From Candidatus Eiseniibacteriota bacterium (GTDB lineage Bacteria > Eisenbacteria > RBG-16-71-46): DNA of 64,000 bases. The stretch lies in contig CAVSAC010000012.1 in the NCBI GenBank assembly GCA_963725865.1, forward strand, positions 896,001 to 960,000, written 5' to 3'. The position numbers and the translations under genes were made by a program. Below, piece after piece: positions 26,826-36,336 of this stretch. The notes beneath the pieces are model-generated. The model searched no databases and was not told the origin of the DNA. It was given only the letters and a program-made list of their open reading frames with translations. Every line of letters begins with the position of its first letter. Positions within the stretch are counted from its first letter, which is position 1.

Positions 26826-27323
26826 ATGCTCGTGCCCAGTCGCTCCCGCAGCCTGAGCGCCGCGCTCGTCCTCGTCGCCGCGCTCGTCCCCGGTCTCCGG
26901 CCGGCCCTCGCGGGACCGCCGCCGGCCCGCGCAATCGGGCGGGCGCAGACCGCGATCCGCGCGGTGCTCGCCGCGCAGGTGGAGGCGTGGAACCGCGGCG
27001 ACCTCGAAGCCTTCATGACCGGCTACTGGCGCGACGACTCGCTCACGTTCTACAGCGGCGGCGACGTCTCCCACGGCTGGCAGCCGACGCTCGAGCGTTA
27101 CCGGCGCCGCTACCAGGGCGAGGGGAAGGAGATGGGCACCCTGGTGTTCGAGCTCCACGACGTGCAGGTGCTCGCGACCGACGTCGCGGTCGTGAAGGGC
27201 GGCTGGGCGCTGACGCTGAAGGACGGCGCGCCGCGCGGACTGTTCACGCTGATCCTGCGCGACGTCCCGCACGCCGGCTGGCGGATCGTGCACGACCACA
27301 GCAGCGTGGCGGCGACGCCGTAG
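26826..27323 (+). CDS. Secreted NTF2-like/DUF4440 protein
   Basis: Signal peptide; AWNRGDLEAFM and WRIVHDHSS motifs; GGAGG RBS. Confidence 0.85.
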   Translation: MLVPSRSRSLSAALVLVAALVPGLRPALAGPPPARAIGRAQTAIRAVLAAQVEAWNRGDLEAFMTGYWRDDSLTFYSGGDVSHGWQPTLERYRRRYQGEGKEMGTLVFELHDVQVLATDVAVVKGGWALTLKDGAPRGLFTLILRDVPHAGWRIVHDHSSVAATP

Positions 27324-27335
27324 CGCCGCGGCGGG

Positions 27336-29885
27336 TCAGACCCGCCGCGCGACCAGCAGCGTGATGTCGTCGGCCGGGCCGGATTGGCCCTCGTACGCGC
27401 GCACCTCGTGGACGATCGCCCGCACCAGATCCGCGCAGGGCTCCGCCGCGCGCGAGCGCAGCGCCGCCAGCAGGCGCTCCTCGCCCCACAGCTCGCCGCG
27501 CGCGTCGGCGCCCTCGGTGACGCCGTCGGTGTAGAGCGCGACCAGGTCGCCGGGGGCGAGCGTCGCCTCGCCACTCTCGAACACGCTGCCGGGCAGGATG
27601 CCGAGGATGAGCCCGCCCGTGGAGAGCATCTCGTGCGAGCCGTCGCGCCGCAGCAGCACCGGCGGATTGTGGCCCGCGTTCGCGTACACCAGCCGCCCGT
27701 CGCGCCCGTCGAGGAACGCCACGAACGCGGTCACGAACTTGCCGGGCTCGACGCTGCGGTGCAGGAACTCGTTGAGTCGCCCGGCCAGCACGTCGGGGGT
27801 GGAGCGCGCGCTGTCCTGACTCATCAGCGAGGCGCGGAAGCCCGACATCAGCAGCGCCGCGCCGACCCCCTTGCCCGAGACGTCGGCCACCACCAGCATC
27901 ACGCGCCCGTCGCCGAGCGGGATGTGGTCGAAGTAGTCGCCGCCGACCTCGCGCGCCGGCTCGCTGAGCCCCGCGATCTCGAGCCCCTGGATCGCCGGCG
28001 GGCCGGCCGGCAGCAGCCGCGCCTGGATGCGCCGCGCCAGCGCCAGCTCGCTCTCGAGCCGCTCGGCCTCCTTCTCCAGCGCGCGCGCGCGCTCGAGGCC
28101 GGCACTGGCCTGGTTGAAGGTGTCGGCGACGTCCCACAGGTCGTCGTCGCCCTTCAACGCGATGCGATGCGCGAGGTCGCCGGACTCCAGCCGCCGCGCG
28201 CCGACCTTGAGCGCCTGGATCGCGGCGGTGATGCTGCGGCCCATGCCGGTCACCATCACCACATCGAACGCCACCACGAGCAGCGCGCTGACCGCGAGGA
28301 CCAGCACGATGACCAGCGGCACGGTGCTCAGCGGATCGCTGCGGGTGTTGTGGTAGAGCCCGGCGAGCACCTCGGTGGGGTGGGGATCGGCGGACAGCAG
28401 CCACCGCTGCTGCCGCCAGCCATGCGGCGTGGACGCGAGCCCCTCGACCATCGCGTGCCCCTGGAGCAGGAACGGCAGGTCGCCGCCGCCGTGCGGCTTC
28501 GCCGCGTCGAAGCGCTGCTCTCCGAACGTCAGGCGAGCCCCGCTGCCCCGCGAGGCGCCGAGCTTCACGGCGGAGTCGGCAAGCCCGACCCGCCGCAACG
28601 CCCGGCGCGCGCGTTCCAGTCGGGCCGAGTCCGCGGGCGAGAGGACCTCCGAGCCGGTCCGCGCCGCGCGCCCGCGCGCGAGCGAGTCGAGCGCCGCGGG
28701 GGCGTGCTCGAGCGCCGCGTCGTCGGCACCCACGCGCACCGCGCCGCCGGCACCGGACGCCACGCCCTGGACCACGCTCAGGCGTGAGCCGGCGATGCGC
28801 GCGGGTTCGCGCGCGAGCACCGAGTCGACGGGGGCGAGCGCCACCGCGGCGAGGCCGGGGTCGTCGGGGGCGCGCACCGCAGCCCCCAGGAAGCCGTCCT
28901 CGTCCAGGATCACGACACCGCTGGCGCGCAGCGTGTCCAATCCGGCGGCCCACGCGGCGAGCGCGCCCTCGGAGCCCAGCGAGTCGCCGCCCAGGCGCTC
29001 GAGCTGCGCGCCGCGCACCCGCCACACGCGCAGTCGCGGCCAACGGTCGACGCTCGCGCGCGCGAGCCTGCGCAACGCCGCGTCGCTGGTGGTGGGGTGC
29101 GCGAGCGCGCCGCGCAGCGCGCTCTCCAGCTGGCGGCCCTCGGAGTCCAGCGCGCGCGCGCCGACCAGCGCTCGCTCGCTGGCCACGCCGAGCAGCGTGG
29201 TGAACATCCACAGCGCGCCGAGCAGCACCAGCGGGACCGTCACGACCAGCACGTGCGAGAGCGCGAGCCGGCGTCCGACCGTGCGGATGCCGAGGGTCGG
29301 ATCGCGCAGGAACGCGGCGAACAGCGCGTCGGCGGCGAACAGGGCGTGGACCAGCGCCACGCCGCGCACCCAGCGCGCGAAGGTCGCCAGCGCGGCGAGC
29401 GAGGACGCGTCGCCGGCCGCGGGCGCGCGGCCGAGTCCCCAGCCGAGCATCACGACGAGCGCCAGCGCGCCGAGTCCGAGCCGGAACAGCCGCAGCGTAG
29501 GCATTCCGGTGCGCCACCGGTAGGCGAGTGCCGCGACCACCACGAAGAAGCCGATCGCGCCGGGGGCCGCGCGGCTGAGCGCGAGGATCAGCGCGATCAG
29601 CGCGAACGGCGCGCGCACGATCAGGTCGCGGCGGCGCGGCGCGATCAGGGTCAGCCGCGCGAGCGCGCCCCAGGTGAGGAGCCCGGCGAGCGCAGCCACC
29701 CCGATCGCGAGCGGCCGCAGCCCAGGGCTCGCGTTGGCGACCGCCAGCGCTGCGGTCAACCCGATGGCTCCCAGGGCGAACGCGGCGAGCAGCCGCCCGA
29801 TCGCGGGCGGGCCGCCGCGCAGGCCGGCGAACACCGCCCACAGGGCGATCCCGATCGCGGCGGCGACCAGCAGGGGGGCGACCAT
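27336..29885 (-). CDS. Membrane SpoIIE/RsbU-type PP2C phosphatase with HAMP domain
   Basis: Multiple N-terminal TMs; HAMP; VGGDYFD, ADVSGKG, NAGHNPP, YTDGVTE and DDITL motifs. Confidence 0.92.
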   Translation of the reverse strand: MVAPLLVAAAIGIALWAVFAGLRGGPPAIGRLLAAFALGAIGLTAALAVANASPGLRPLAIGVAALAGLLTWGALARLTLIAPRRRDLIVRAPFALIALILALSRAAPGAIGFFVVVAALAYRWRTGMPTLRLFRLGLGALALVVMLGWGLGRAPAAGDASSLAALATFARWVRGVALVHALFAADALFAAFLRDPTLGIRTVGRRLALSHVLVVTVPLVLLGALWMFTTLLGVASERALVGARALDSEGRQLESALRGALAHPTTSDAALRRLARASVDRWPRLRVWRVRGAQLERLGGDSLGSEGALAAWAAGLDTLRASGVVILDEDGFLGAAVRAPDDPGLAAVALAPVDSVLAREPARIAGSRLSVVQGVASGAGGAVRVGADDAALEHAPAALDSLARGRAARTGSEVLSPADSARLERARRALRRVGLADSAVKLGASRGSGARLTFGEQRFDAAKPHGGGDLPFLLQGHAMVEGLASTPHGWRQQRWLLSADPHPTEVLAGLYHNTRSDPLSTVPLVIVLVLAVSALLVVAFDVVMVTGMGRSITAAIQALKVGARRLESGDLAHRIALKGDDDLWDVADTFNQASAGLERARALEKEAERLESELALARRIQARLLPAGPPAIQGLEIAGLSEPAREVGGDYFDHIPLGDGRVMLVVADVSGKGVGAALLMSGFRASLMSQDSARSTPDVLAGRLNEFLHRSVEPGKFVTAFVAFLDGRDGRLVYANAGHNPPVLLRRDGSHEMLSTGGLILGILPGSVFESGEATLAPGDLVALYTDGVTEGADARGELWGEERLLAALRSRAAEPCADLVRAIVHEVRAYEGQSGPADDITLLVARRV

Positions 29886-30062
29886 GCGCGCACTCTAGCG
29901 CAGCCCGGCGGCGGCCCGGAAGCCTCGCCGCGCTCAACCGAGGACCCCCGCCGGCCGATAACCCGGGTGCCACGGTCGCGGCCCGCGACCTTCATCGCGA
30001 CCTCGCTGCAACCCCCTCGCGCGCGCGGCGCACTGCCGCGCGTCGCCGAAAGGACCACGGCC

Positions 30063-30545
30063 ATGAACCTCGGTCGATCGTCCCCGCTCCACCGTGTCCG
30101 CACCCTCCTCCCGCCGCTCCTCGGCGCGCTCGCCCTGCTCGCGGCGGCGCCCGCGCTCGCCCGCGCGGCGGCGCCGATGTGGAGCGGACTCCATCCGGTC
30201 ACCTGGTCGCCGGCCCGGCTCGCCACGCCGCCGGTCGCCGCGGCGATGCGGGTGGCGATCGACCCCGAGACCGGCCGGCTCGGACTGCCCTCGGCCGAGC
30301 AGCTCGAACGGCTGCGCGCGGCGCAGCCCTCCTCGGCGACCTCGCTGCCGCCCGCGCTGGTCGAGCGCCGGATGCCCGACGGCTCGTACATGGTCGACCT
30401 GCGCGACCAGTTCATGTCCGACTTCGTGGTGGTGATGGGCGCCGACGGACGGCTGCGCGTCGCCTGCACCGACGAGGCGCGCGCGCACGATCTCGTGCGC
30501 ACTCCGCCCGCGAGCCCCGCCTCCGCGGCGTGGCCGGAGGAGTGA
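30063..30545 (+). CDS. Secreted hypothetical protein (MRVAIDPETGRL motif)
   Basis: AAGGA RBS; signal peptide; stop lies 4 nt before the downstream peptidase start. Confidence 0.65.
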   Translation: MNLGRSSPLHRVRTLLPPLLGALALLAAAPALARAAAPMWSGLHPVTWSPARLATPPVAAAMRVAIDPETGRLGLPSAEQLERLRAAQPSSATSLPPALVERRMPDGSYMVDLRDQFMSDFVVVMGADGRLRVACTDEARAHDLVRTPPASPASAAWPEE

Positions 30546-30549
30546 CGCC

Positions 30550-32250
30550 ATGCGCACCTCGATGCGATCCCTCGCGCTGATCCTGCTCGCGCTCGCGGCA
30601 CTCGCCGCCCTGCCGCACCGCGGCGCCGCCGCGACCATCACGATCGTCAACGCCGACACCTCGGGGGAGGGCTTCAACGACCCGACCGCGGCCGCCCCGG
30701 TGGGCGGCAATCCCGGCACCACGATCGGCCAGCAGCGGCTCAACGTGTTCCAGCACGCGGCCGACGTGTGGGGCGCGATCCTGCCGAGCACGATCCAGAT
30801 CCGCGTGCTCGCGAGCTTCGACCCGCTCAGCTGCAACGCGACCAGCGCGGTGCTCGGCAGCGCCGGCACGCGCACCGTCCACCGCGACTTCACGAACGCG
30901 GAGTTCGCCACCACCTGGTATCCGCAGGCACTCGCGAACAAGGAGGCCGGCACCGACCTGGCCGCGACCACAGACGACATCCGCGCCCAGTTCAACCGCA
31001 ACGTCGGCAACACCGGCTGCCTGACCGGGATCACCTGGTACTACGGCTTCGACAACAACGAGGGTGCCAGCCAGGTCGACCTGTTGCCGGTGGTGATCCA
31101 CGAGCTGGGGCACGGGCTCGGCTTCGCCACGTTCGTCACGCTGTCGACCGGGGCGCAGTTCAGCGGCTTCCCCGACGTGTTCGAGCGGTTCCTGGTCGAC
31201 GACGCGACCGGCAAGCGCTGGACCGCGATGACCGACGGCGAGCGCGCCGCGTCGGCGATCAATGGGCCGCACGTGGTGTGGGACGGCACCGCGGCCACGT
31301 TCATGGCGCCGCTGATCCTGTCGCCGCGGCCGGTGATGAACGTCACCGCCCCGGCCGGCATCGCGGGCAGCTATCCGATCGGCCAGGCGTCGTTCGGCGC
31401 GCCGCTCACCACCACGGCGGTGAGCGGCACCGTCGTGCTGGCCGACGACGGCGCGGCGCCCGGCAGCGACGCGTGCACCGCGCTCGTGAACGGCGGGGCG
31501 ATGAACGGCCACATCGCGCTCATCGACCGCGGCGTGTGCGGCTTCGCGGTCAAGGCGAAGAACGCCCAGAACGCGGGCGCGATCGCGGTGATCATCGCCG
31601 ACAACGTGGCGGCGAGCACGCCGCCCGGACTCGGGGGCAGCGACCCGACCGTGACCATTCCGACCGTGAGTGTGACGCTGGCGGTCGGCAACACGCTCAA
31701 GGCGAACCTCGCGGGCGGCGTGAGCGTGTCGCTGCTGCTCGATCCGGCGCAGCTCGCCGGCGCCAACGCCGCGCACCATCCGCTGATGTACGCGCCCAAT
31801 CCGCTCCAGCTCGGCTCATCGATCTCGCACTGGGACGTCTCGGCGACCCCGAACCTGCTGATGGAGCCGGCCATCAACCCGGACCTCACGACCAACGTCG
31901 ACCTCACGCGCTACGCGTTCGAGGACATCGGCTGGCTGCCGCGCACCACGTCGGTGCCGGCGGTGGCCGGCGGCGGAGCGGCGCTCGCGACCGGCATGCC
32001 CAACCCGTTCACCGGCTCGACCACGATCCGCTTCCGGCTCGCGGCCGCGGGCCCGACCGAGCTGGCGGTCTTCGATCTCGGCGGGCGCATCGTGAAGCGC
32101 CTCGCGCGCGGGACGTGGACGGCCGGCGATCACAGCGTGGTGTGGGACGGCACCGACGAGTCCGGTCGCCGGTTGCCGCCGGGCGTGTACGCCTACCACC
32201 TGCACAGCGGCGCGCTGTCGGAGTCGCGTCACATCGTGCTGTTCCGCTAG
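30550..32250 (+). CDS. Secreted zinc metallopeptidase with PA domain and FlgD-Ig/T9SS-type C-terminal domain
   Basis: Signal peptide; HELGHGLGF; PA domain (IALIDRGVCGFAVKAKNAQNAGA); SSISHWD/LMEP; C-terminal PNPF...WDGTDESGRRLPPGVY. Confidence 0.88.
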   Translation: MRTSMRSLALILLALAALAALPHRGAAATITIVNADTSGEGFNDPTAAAPVGGNPGTTIGQQRLNVFQHAADVWGAILPSTIQIRVLASFDPLSCNATSAVLGSAGTRTVHRDFTNAEFATTWYPQALANKEAGTDLAATTDDIRAQFNRNVGNTGCLTGITWYYGFDNNEGASQVDLLPVVIHELGHGLGFATFVTLSTGAQFSGFPDVFERFLVDDATGKRWTAMTDGERAASAINGPHVVWDGTAATFMAPLILSPRPVMNVTAPAGIAGSYPIGQASFGAPLTTTAVSGTVVLADDGAAPGSDACTALVNGGAMNGHIALIDRGVCGFAVKAKNAQNAGAIAVIIADNVAASTPPGLGGSDPTVTIPTVSVTLAVGNTLKANLAGGVSVSLLLDPAQLAGANAAHHPLMYAPNPLQLGSSISHWDVSATPNLLMEPAINPDLTTNVDLTRYAFEDIGWLPRTTSVPAVAGGGAALATGMPNPFTGSTTIRFRLAAAGPTELAVFDLGGRIVKRLARGTWTAGDHSVVWDGTDESGRRLPPGVYAYHLHSGALSESRHIVLFR

Positions 32251-32453
32251 CACCGCGGGCGGGTTCCACGCGCCGCCGGTCCCCCATCGGGGCCGGCGGC
32301 GCTGCTTGGGGGCGGCGCCGGGGACCGCCCGTCCGCGGTCGCCGCGAGCCCGCCGGACCCACGGGGCCCCGGGCGGGGTATAAGAGGAGCAGCGAGCGGC
32401 CCCTGCGCCCGATGGACCGGGGGCCCTCGCGCTTCCTCGCACCCCGGAGCCCC

Positions 32454-33380
32454 ATGGTCCCCACGCGCGTCGTGTCGCTGCTCGCCTCCAGCACCGAGAT
32501 GGTGGCCGCGCTCGGCTGCGGCGACCGGCTGGTCGGGCGCTCCCACGAATGCGACCACCCCGACTGGGTGCGCAAGCTGCCCGCGGTGACCCGCCCCCGC
32601 ATCGACGTCACCGTGCCCTCGGCCACGATCGACGGCAGCGTGCGCGCGCTGGTCGAGCTGGCCGCCTCGGTCTATCACGTCGACGCCGACGCGCTGGCGG
32701 CGCTGGCGCCCGACCTGGTCATCACCCAGACCCAGTGCGAGGTGTGCGCGGTCTCGCTGCGCGACGTCGAGGCCGCCATGCGCCAGGCCATGCCCAGCCA
32801 CCCGCGCGTGGTCGCGCTGGAGCCGAACGCGCTCGCCGACCTGTGGCGCGACCTGCGCAAGGTGGCCGACGCGCTCGGCGTGCCGGAGCGCGGCGTGCAG
32901 CTGATCTCGCGCCTGCGCCAGCGCATGCAGGCGATCGCCACGCGCTGCGCCGAGTTCGCGCCGTCGCCGCGTGTGGCGATGATCGAGTGGATCGACCCGC
33001 TGATGGCGGCCGGCAACTGGCATCCCGAGCTCATCGCGATGGCCGGCGCGATCGACGTGTTCGGCGTGCCGGGCGCGCGCGCGCCCGTGATCGATCTCGC
33101 GGCACTCGCGGCCGCCGACCCGGACGTGGTGTGGGTCGCGCCGTGCGGATTCGACCTCGCGCGCACCCGCGAGGAGCTGGGCGGGCTCGCGCGCCTGCCG
33201 CAGTGGAGCGCGCTGCGCGCGGTGCGCGAGCGGCGCGTCGTCCTGGGCGACGGCAACGCGTTCTTCAACCGCCCCGGCCCGCGGGTGGCCGAGACGCTCG
33301 AGATCCTGGCCGAGGCGTTGCACCCGCAGGCGTTCCGCTTCGGGCACGAGGGCACCGGCTGGGCGCGGTGGGAGAGCTGA
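32454..33380 (+). CDS. BtuF/FecB-like substrate-binding protein (no signal peptide seen)
   Basis: RVVSLLASSTE, LVGRSHECD, TQTQCEVCAV and FNRPGPR motifs. Confidence 0.8.
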   Translation: MVPTRVVSLLASSTEMVAALGCGDRLVGRSHECDHPDWVRKLPAVTRPRIDVTVPSATIDGSVRALVELAASVYHVDADALAALAPDLVITQTQCEVCAVSLRDVEAAMRQAMPSHPRVVALEPNALADLWRDLRKVADALGVPERGVQLISRLRQRMQAIATRCAEFAPSPRVAMIEWIDPLMAAGNWHPELIAMAGAIDVFGVPGARAPVIDLAALAAADPDVVWVAPCGFDLARTREELGGLARLPQWSALRAVRERRVVLGDGNAFFNRPGPRVAETLEILAEALHPQAFRFGHEGTGWARWES

Positions 33381-33407
33381 GGCGGTACCCGCCCGCGGCC
33401 GTGCGCG

Positions 33408-35084
33408 TCAGGGCAACGCGGGACGCGCCGCGCGCCAGATCGGCACCCAGTCCCACAGCGGCGTGAGCGTGGGCGCCGCAAGCATGCTGCCGCCGAAGCC
33501 GAGCGAGCGCCGCGTGAGCACCTCGATCGAGGCGATGTCGACGCGCTGCAGCGTCGCGTAGTCGAGCCGCAGCCGCTCGCGCTCGGCCAGCTCCGCCACG
33601 TGCCGCGCGACCCGCGCCGCGCGCTGGTCCACCTGCGCGAGGTCGCGCGCCTCGGCGAGCGCCGACGCCGCCCCCGCCGAGTCGGGGATCACGCGCTTGC
33701 CGAGCACGCGGAACACCGACACGCCATCGGGCAGCGTCAGCGGACCGCACAGCGAATCGCGCGGCGTGAGCAGCGCGGCGATGCCGAGCTCGGGGTAGCG
33801 CCGCACCGGCACGAAGCCCGAGCGTCCGCCGCGCGCGCGCCACGCGACCCGCCGGGTGCTGGCGCGCGCGAGGGAATCCAGGTCGGCGCCGGCGTCGAGC
33901 AGCGCGCGGGTGCGCGCCGCCTCCGCGCGCGAGTCGCCGAGCACCTCGGCCACGTCCACCTCGCACAGCGCGCGCGCCCGCGCCGGCTGGTAGAGCGCGA
34001 GCGCGTGGAAGGCGTCGTCCTCGCTCGGCGCGGGACCGGGCATCAGCGACTCGAGCCGCACCTGCGCCCGCCAGGTCGCGGTCCACATCGCGAGGTCGTG
34101 CCGCACCTCGGGCAACTCGTCGAGGTGGCGGCGCAGTCCCTCGCGCGCCATCAGCTCGCCCTCGACGACCGCGCGCAGCGCGATGCTGAGGTCGACGGCC
34201 ATCCGGCGCTTGGGCCGCATCGAGATCGGCAGCGGCTGGAGGCGGAACGTCTCGAGCGCCTCGCCCAGGCTGAGCGAGCCATCCGGCAGGTGCACCAGCG
34301 GGCGCTCGAGCGAAGCGGCCAGCCGCGCCATCAGCGGATCGACCGTCGCCGGCAGCTGCACGCTGCTGTCGCGGCCCGGCACCGCGCTCGCGGCGATCAG
34401 CGCGTGCAGCGTGTCGGCCAGCATCACGAACGTCGCGGTGTCGACCATCGCACGCTGGCCCGCGAGCGTCTGTTCCATGAATGCGACGGCGCGGCGCTGT
34501 TCGCCCACCTGCTTGAGCGAGTCCGTCACCGCCTTGCGCAGCGCGCGGCGGCCCGCGAGGTCGAGCGTCCGCGCGCGCGCACGGGTCAGCCGCTCGACGT
34601 CGGCGGCCGCGACCGCCGGCTCCGCCGCCACCACGTCGTGGTAGAGCGCGTCGCGCACCAGCGCCTTGCGCAGCACCGCGCGCATGCGCGCGATCGCCGG
34701 CGAGTCGCCGAGCCCGAGCCGCTCGGCGTCCTCGGCCAGCAGCGCTTCGGCGGCCAGCGACTGGAGCGCGCGCACCTTGGCCGAGTCCATCGAGGCGCCC
34801 GCCCGCTTGCCCGGCCACGGCATCGCCTCGATGCGCTGCACCAGGTCGGCGACCGTGATGCCGCGGCCGCCCACCCACGCGAGCGTGTCGCGCGTCAGCG
34901 CCTCGGCGCGCCAGGCGCGCGTCGCCGCCGGAGTCGGGGCGGGCGCCGCTGTCCGGACCGTGCGCGGCGCAGCGGCCCGGCTGGCGTGTGACGCCGGCGC
35001 GGCCGCCGCCAGCGGCGCGAGCAGGGCGAGCAGCGCGGTCGCCGCCAGCGGCACGCTCCGTCGCACTCCTGGGATGGGACGCAT
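33408..35084 (-). CDS. Secreted SurA/PpiC-like chaperone (parvulin domain, probably degenerate)
   Basis: Signal peptide; LAWVGGRGIT SurA-N-like start; rotamase-like segment (GADLDSLAR...RGGRSGF...GVSVFRV). Confidence 0.6.
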   Translation of the reverse strand: MRPIPGVRRSVPLAATALLALLAPLAAAAPASHASRAAAPRTVRTAAPAPTPAATRAWRAEALTRDTLAWVGGRGITVADLVQRIEAMPWPGKRAGASMDSAKVRALQSLAAEALLAEDAERLGLGDSPAIARMRAVLRKALVRDALYHDVVAAEPAVAAADVERLTRARARTLDLAGRRALRKAVTDSLKQVGEQRRAVAFMEQTLAGQRAMVDTATFVMLADTLHALIAASAVPGRDSSVQLPATVDPLMARLAASLERPLVHLPDGSLSLGEALETFRLQPLPISMRPKRRMAVDLSIALRAVVEGELMAREGLRRHLDELPEVRHDLAMWTATWRAQVRLESLMPGPAPSEDDAFHALALYQPARARALCEVDVAEVLGDSRAEAARTRALLDAGADLDSLARASTRRVAWRARGGRSGFVPVRRYPELGIAALLTPRDSLCGPLTLPDGVSVFRVLGKRVIPDSAGAASALAEARDLAQVDQRAARVARHVAELAERERLRLDYATLQRVDIASIEVLTRRSLGFGGSMLAAPTLTPLWDWVPIWRAARPALP

Positions 35085-35225
35085 GCGCGGACCATACGGA
35101 GCGCCCGCGAGGCTGACAAGGTGCCGAAGCGCGCGCCGACGCCGCGCGCCCCCACTCCTCGTGCGCGCCGCGCGCCGGGCGGACCGCGTTGAGCCGCGGC
35201 GCGGCGATGTGCGACTCTGCCGCGC

Positions 35226-35768
35226 ATGCCGACCTCCGAGGCGTGGCAGATCCCGTACGTGTGCGACGTCATCGCTCGCGAGCGCCCGCGCAGCGTGCTC
35301 GACGTGGGCGCCGGCTACGGCAAGTACGGGCTGCTCGCGCGCGAGTACGCCGACTGCGAGCGGGTCGACGCGGTGGACGTGAATCCGCCGCGCTACGCCG
35401 TCTACGATCACGTCTACCTGGGCGACGTCGCGCGCCTGGACGCCGTGGTGCCGGCCGACGCGCCGCGCTACGACCTGGCGCTGTTCCTCGACGTGATCGA
35501 GCACTTCGAGAAGCCGCAGGCGTGGGAGGTGCTGCTCGCGATCACGCGCCGCGCGCGCCGCGTGCTGGTGACCACGCCGTGGGGATTCCGGCCGCAGGAG
35601 ATCCCCGGCATGCCCTTCGAGACCCACCGCTCCGGCTGGGTGCCGTGGGAGTTCGGCGCGCGCGTGAAGGTCCACGAGTGGCGCGCGTTCCCGGGGCATT
35701 TCACCCGCCACCTCAAGCTGCCGCGCCTGTGGCAGGTGCTGGTGCTGGTGAGCGCGCGCGAGGGGTGA
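35226..35768 (+). CDS. Class I SAM-dependent methyltransferase
   Basis: VLDVGAGYGKYG and DVIEHF motifs. Confidence 0.85.
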   Translation: MPTSEAWQIPYVCDVIARERPRSVLDVGAGYGKYGLLAREYADCERVDAVDVNPPRYAVYDHVYLGDVARLDAVVPADAPRYDLALFLDVIEHFEKPQAWEVLLAITRRARRVLVTTPWGFRPQEIPGMPFETHRSGWVPWEFGARVKVHEWRAFPGHFTRHLKLPRLWQVLVLVSAREG

Positions 35769-36336
35769 CGGGTGTGTTCGCAAAGATCCTGCATGCACTG
35801 GCGAAGGACCTGCGCGACCGGGGCAAGCTCGACCTGACCGAGTGTTTCATCGACGCCACCTTCGTGGGGGCGAAAAAGGGGGCCTATGTGTGGGCCCGAC
35901 GAAGCGCGGGAAGGGTTCAAAGCTCATGGCAGTTGCGGACCGCCATGGTCTTCCTCTCGCCGTCGACGTGGCCAGTGCTTCGCCAGCTGAAGTCCGACTG
36001 GTCATCTCCACCCTCGAAGCCCGCTTCCTCCCGGAACTCCCGGAGCGGCTCATCGGCGACAAGGCCTACGACAGCGACCCGCTCGCGGCGCAGCTTGCCG
36101 AAGGCAACGTCGAACTGATCGCGCCGAACCGCAGCAACCGCAAAGTGAAGACCCAGGATGGCCGCCCGCTGCGTCGCTATCGTCGGCGCTGGAAGGTCGA
36201 GCGGCTGTTCGCCTGGTTGCACAACTTCCGCCGGTTGGTGACGCGTTGGGAGTACGACGTGCTCAACTTCCTCGGCTTCGTCCAGCTCGGCTGCATCGTC
36301 ATCCTGCTGCGCAGGTGTTTATGAGACCGCTTCTAG
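35769..36336 (+). mobile_element. 5'-truncated IS5-family element with -1 frameshifted DDE transposase
   Basis: OrfA remnant GVFAKILHAL...FIDATFVGAKKG; slippery AAAAAGGGGG at 35873-35882; OrfB with IGDKAYDSD and RWKVERLFAW ending at 36324; end sequence TTATGAGACCGCTTCTAG. No left end found. Confidence 0.85.

Noticed and set aside
32251..32453. Cobalamin riboswitch upstream of the BtuF-like gene
   Set aside because: No B12-box or GGGAA/GCCACTG core; only generic GC-rich stems.
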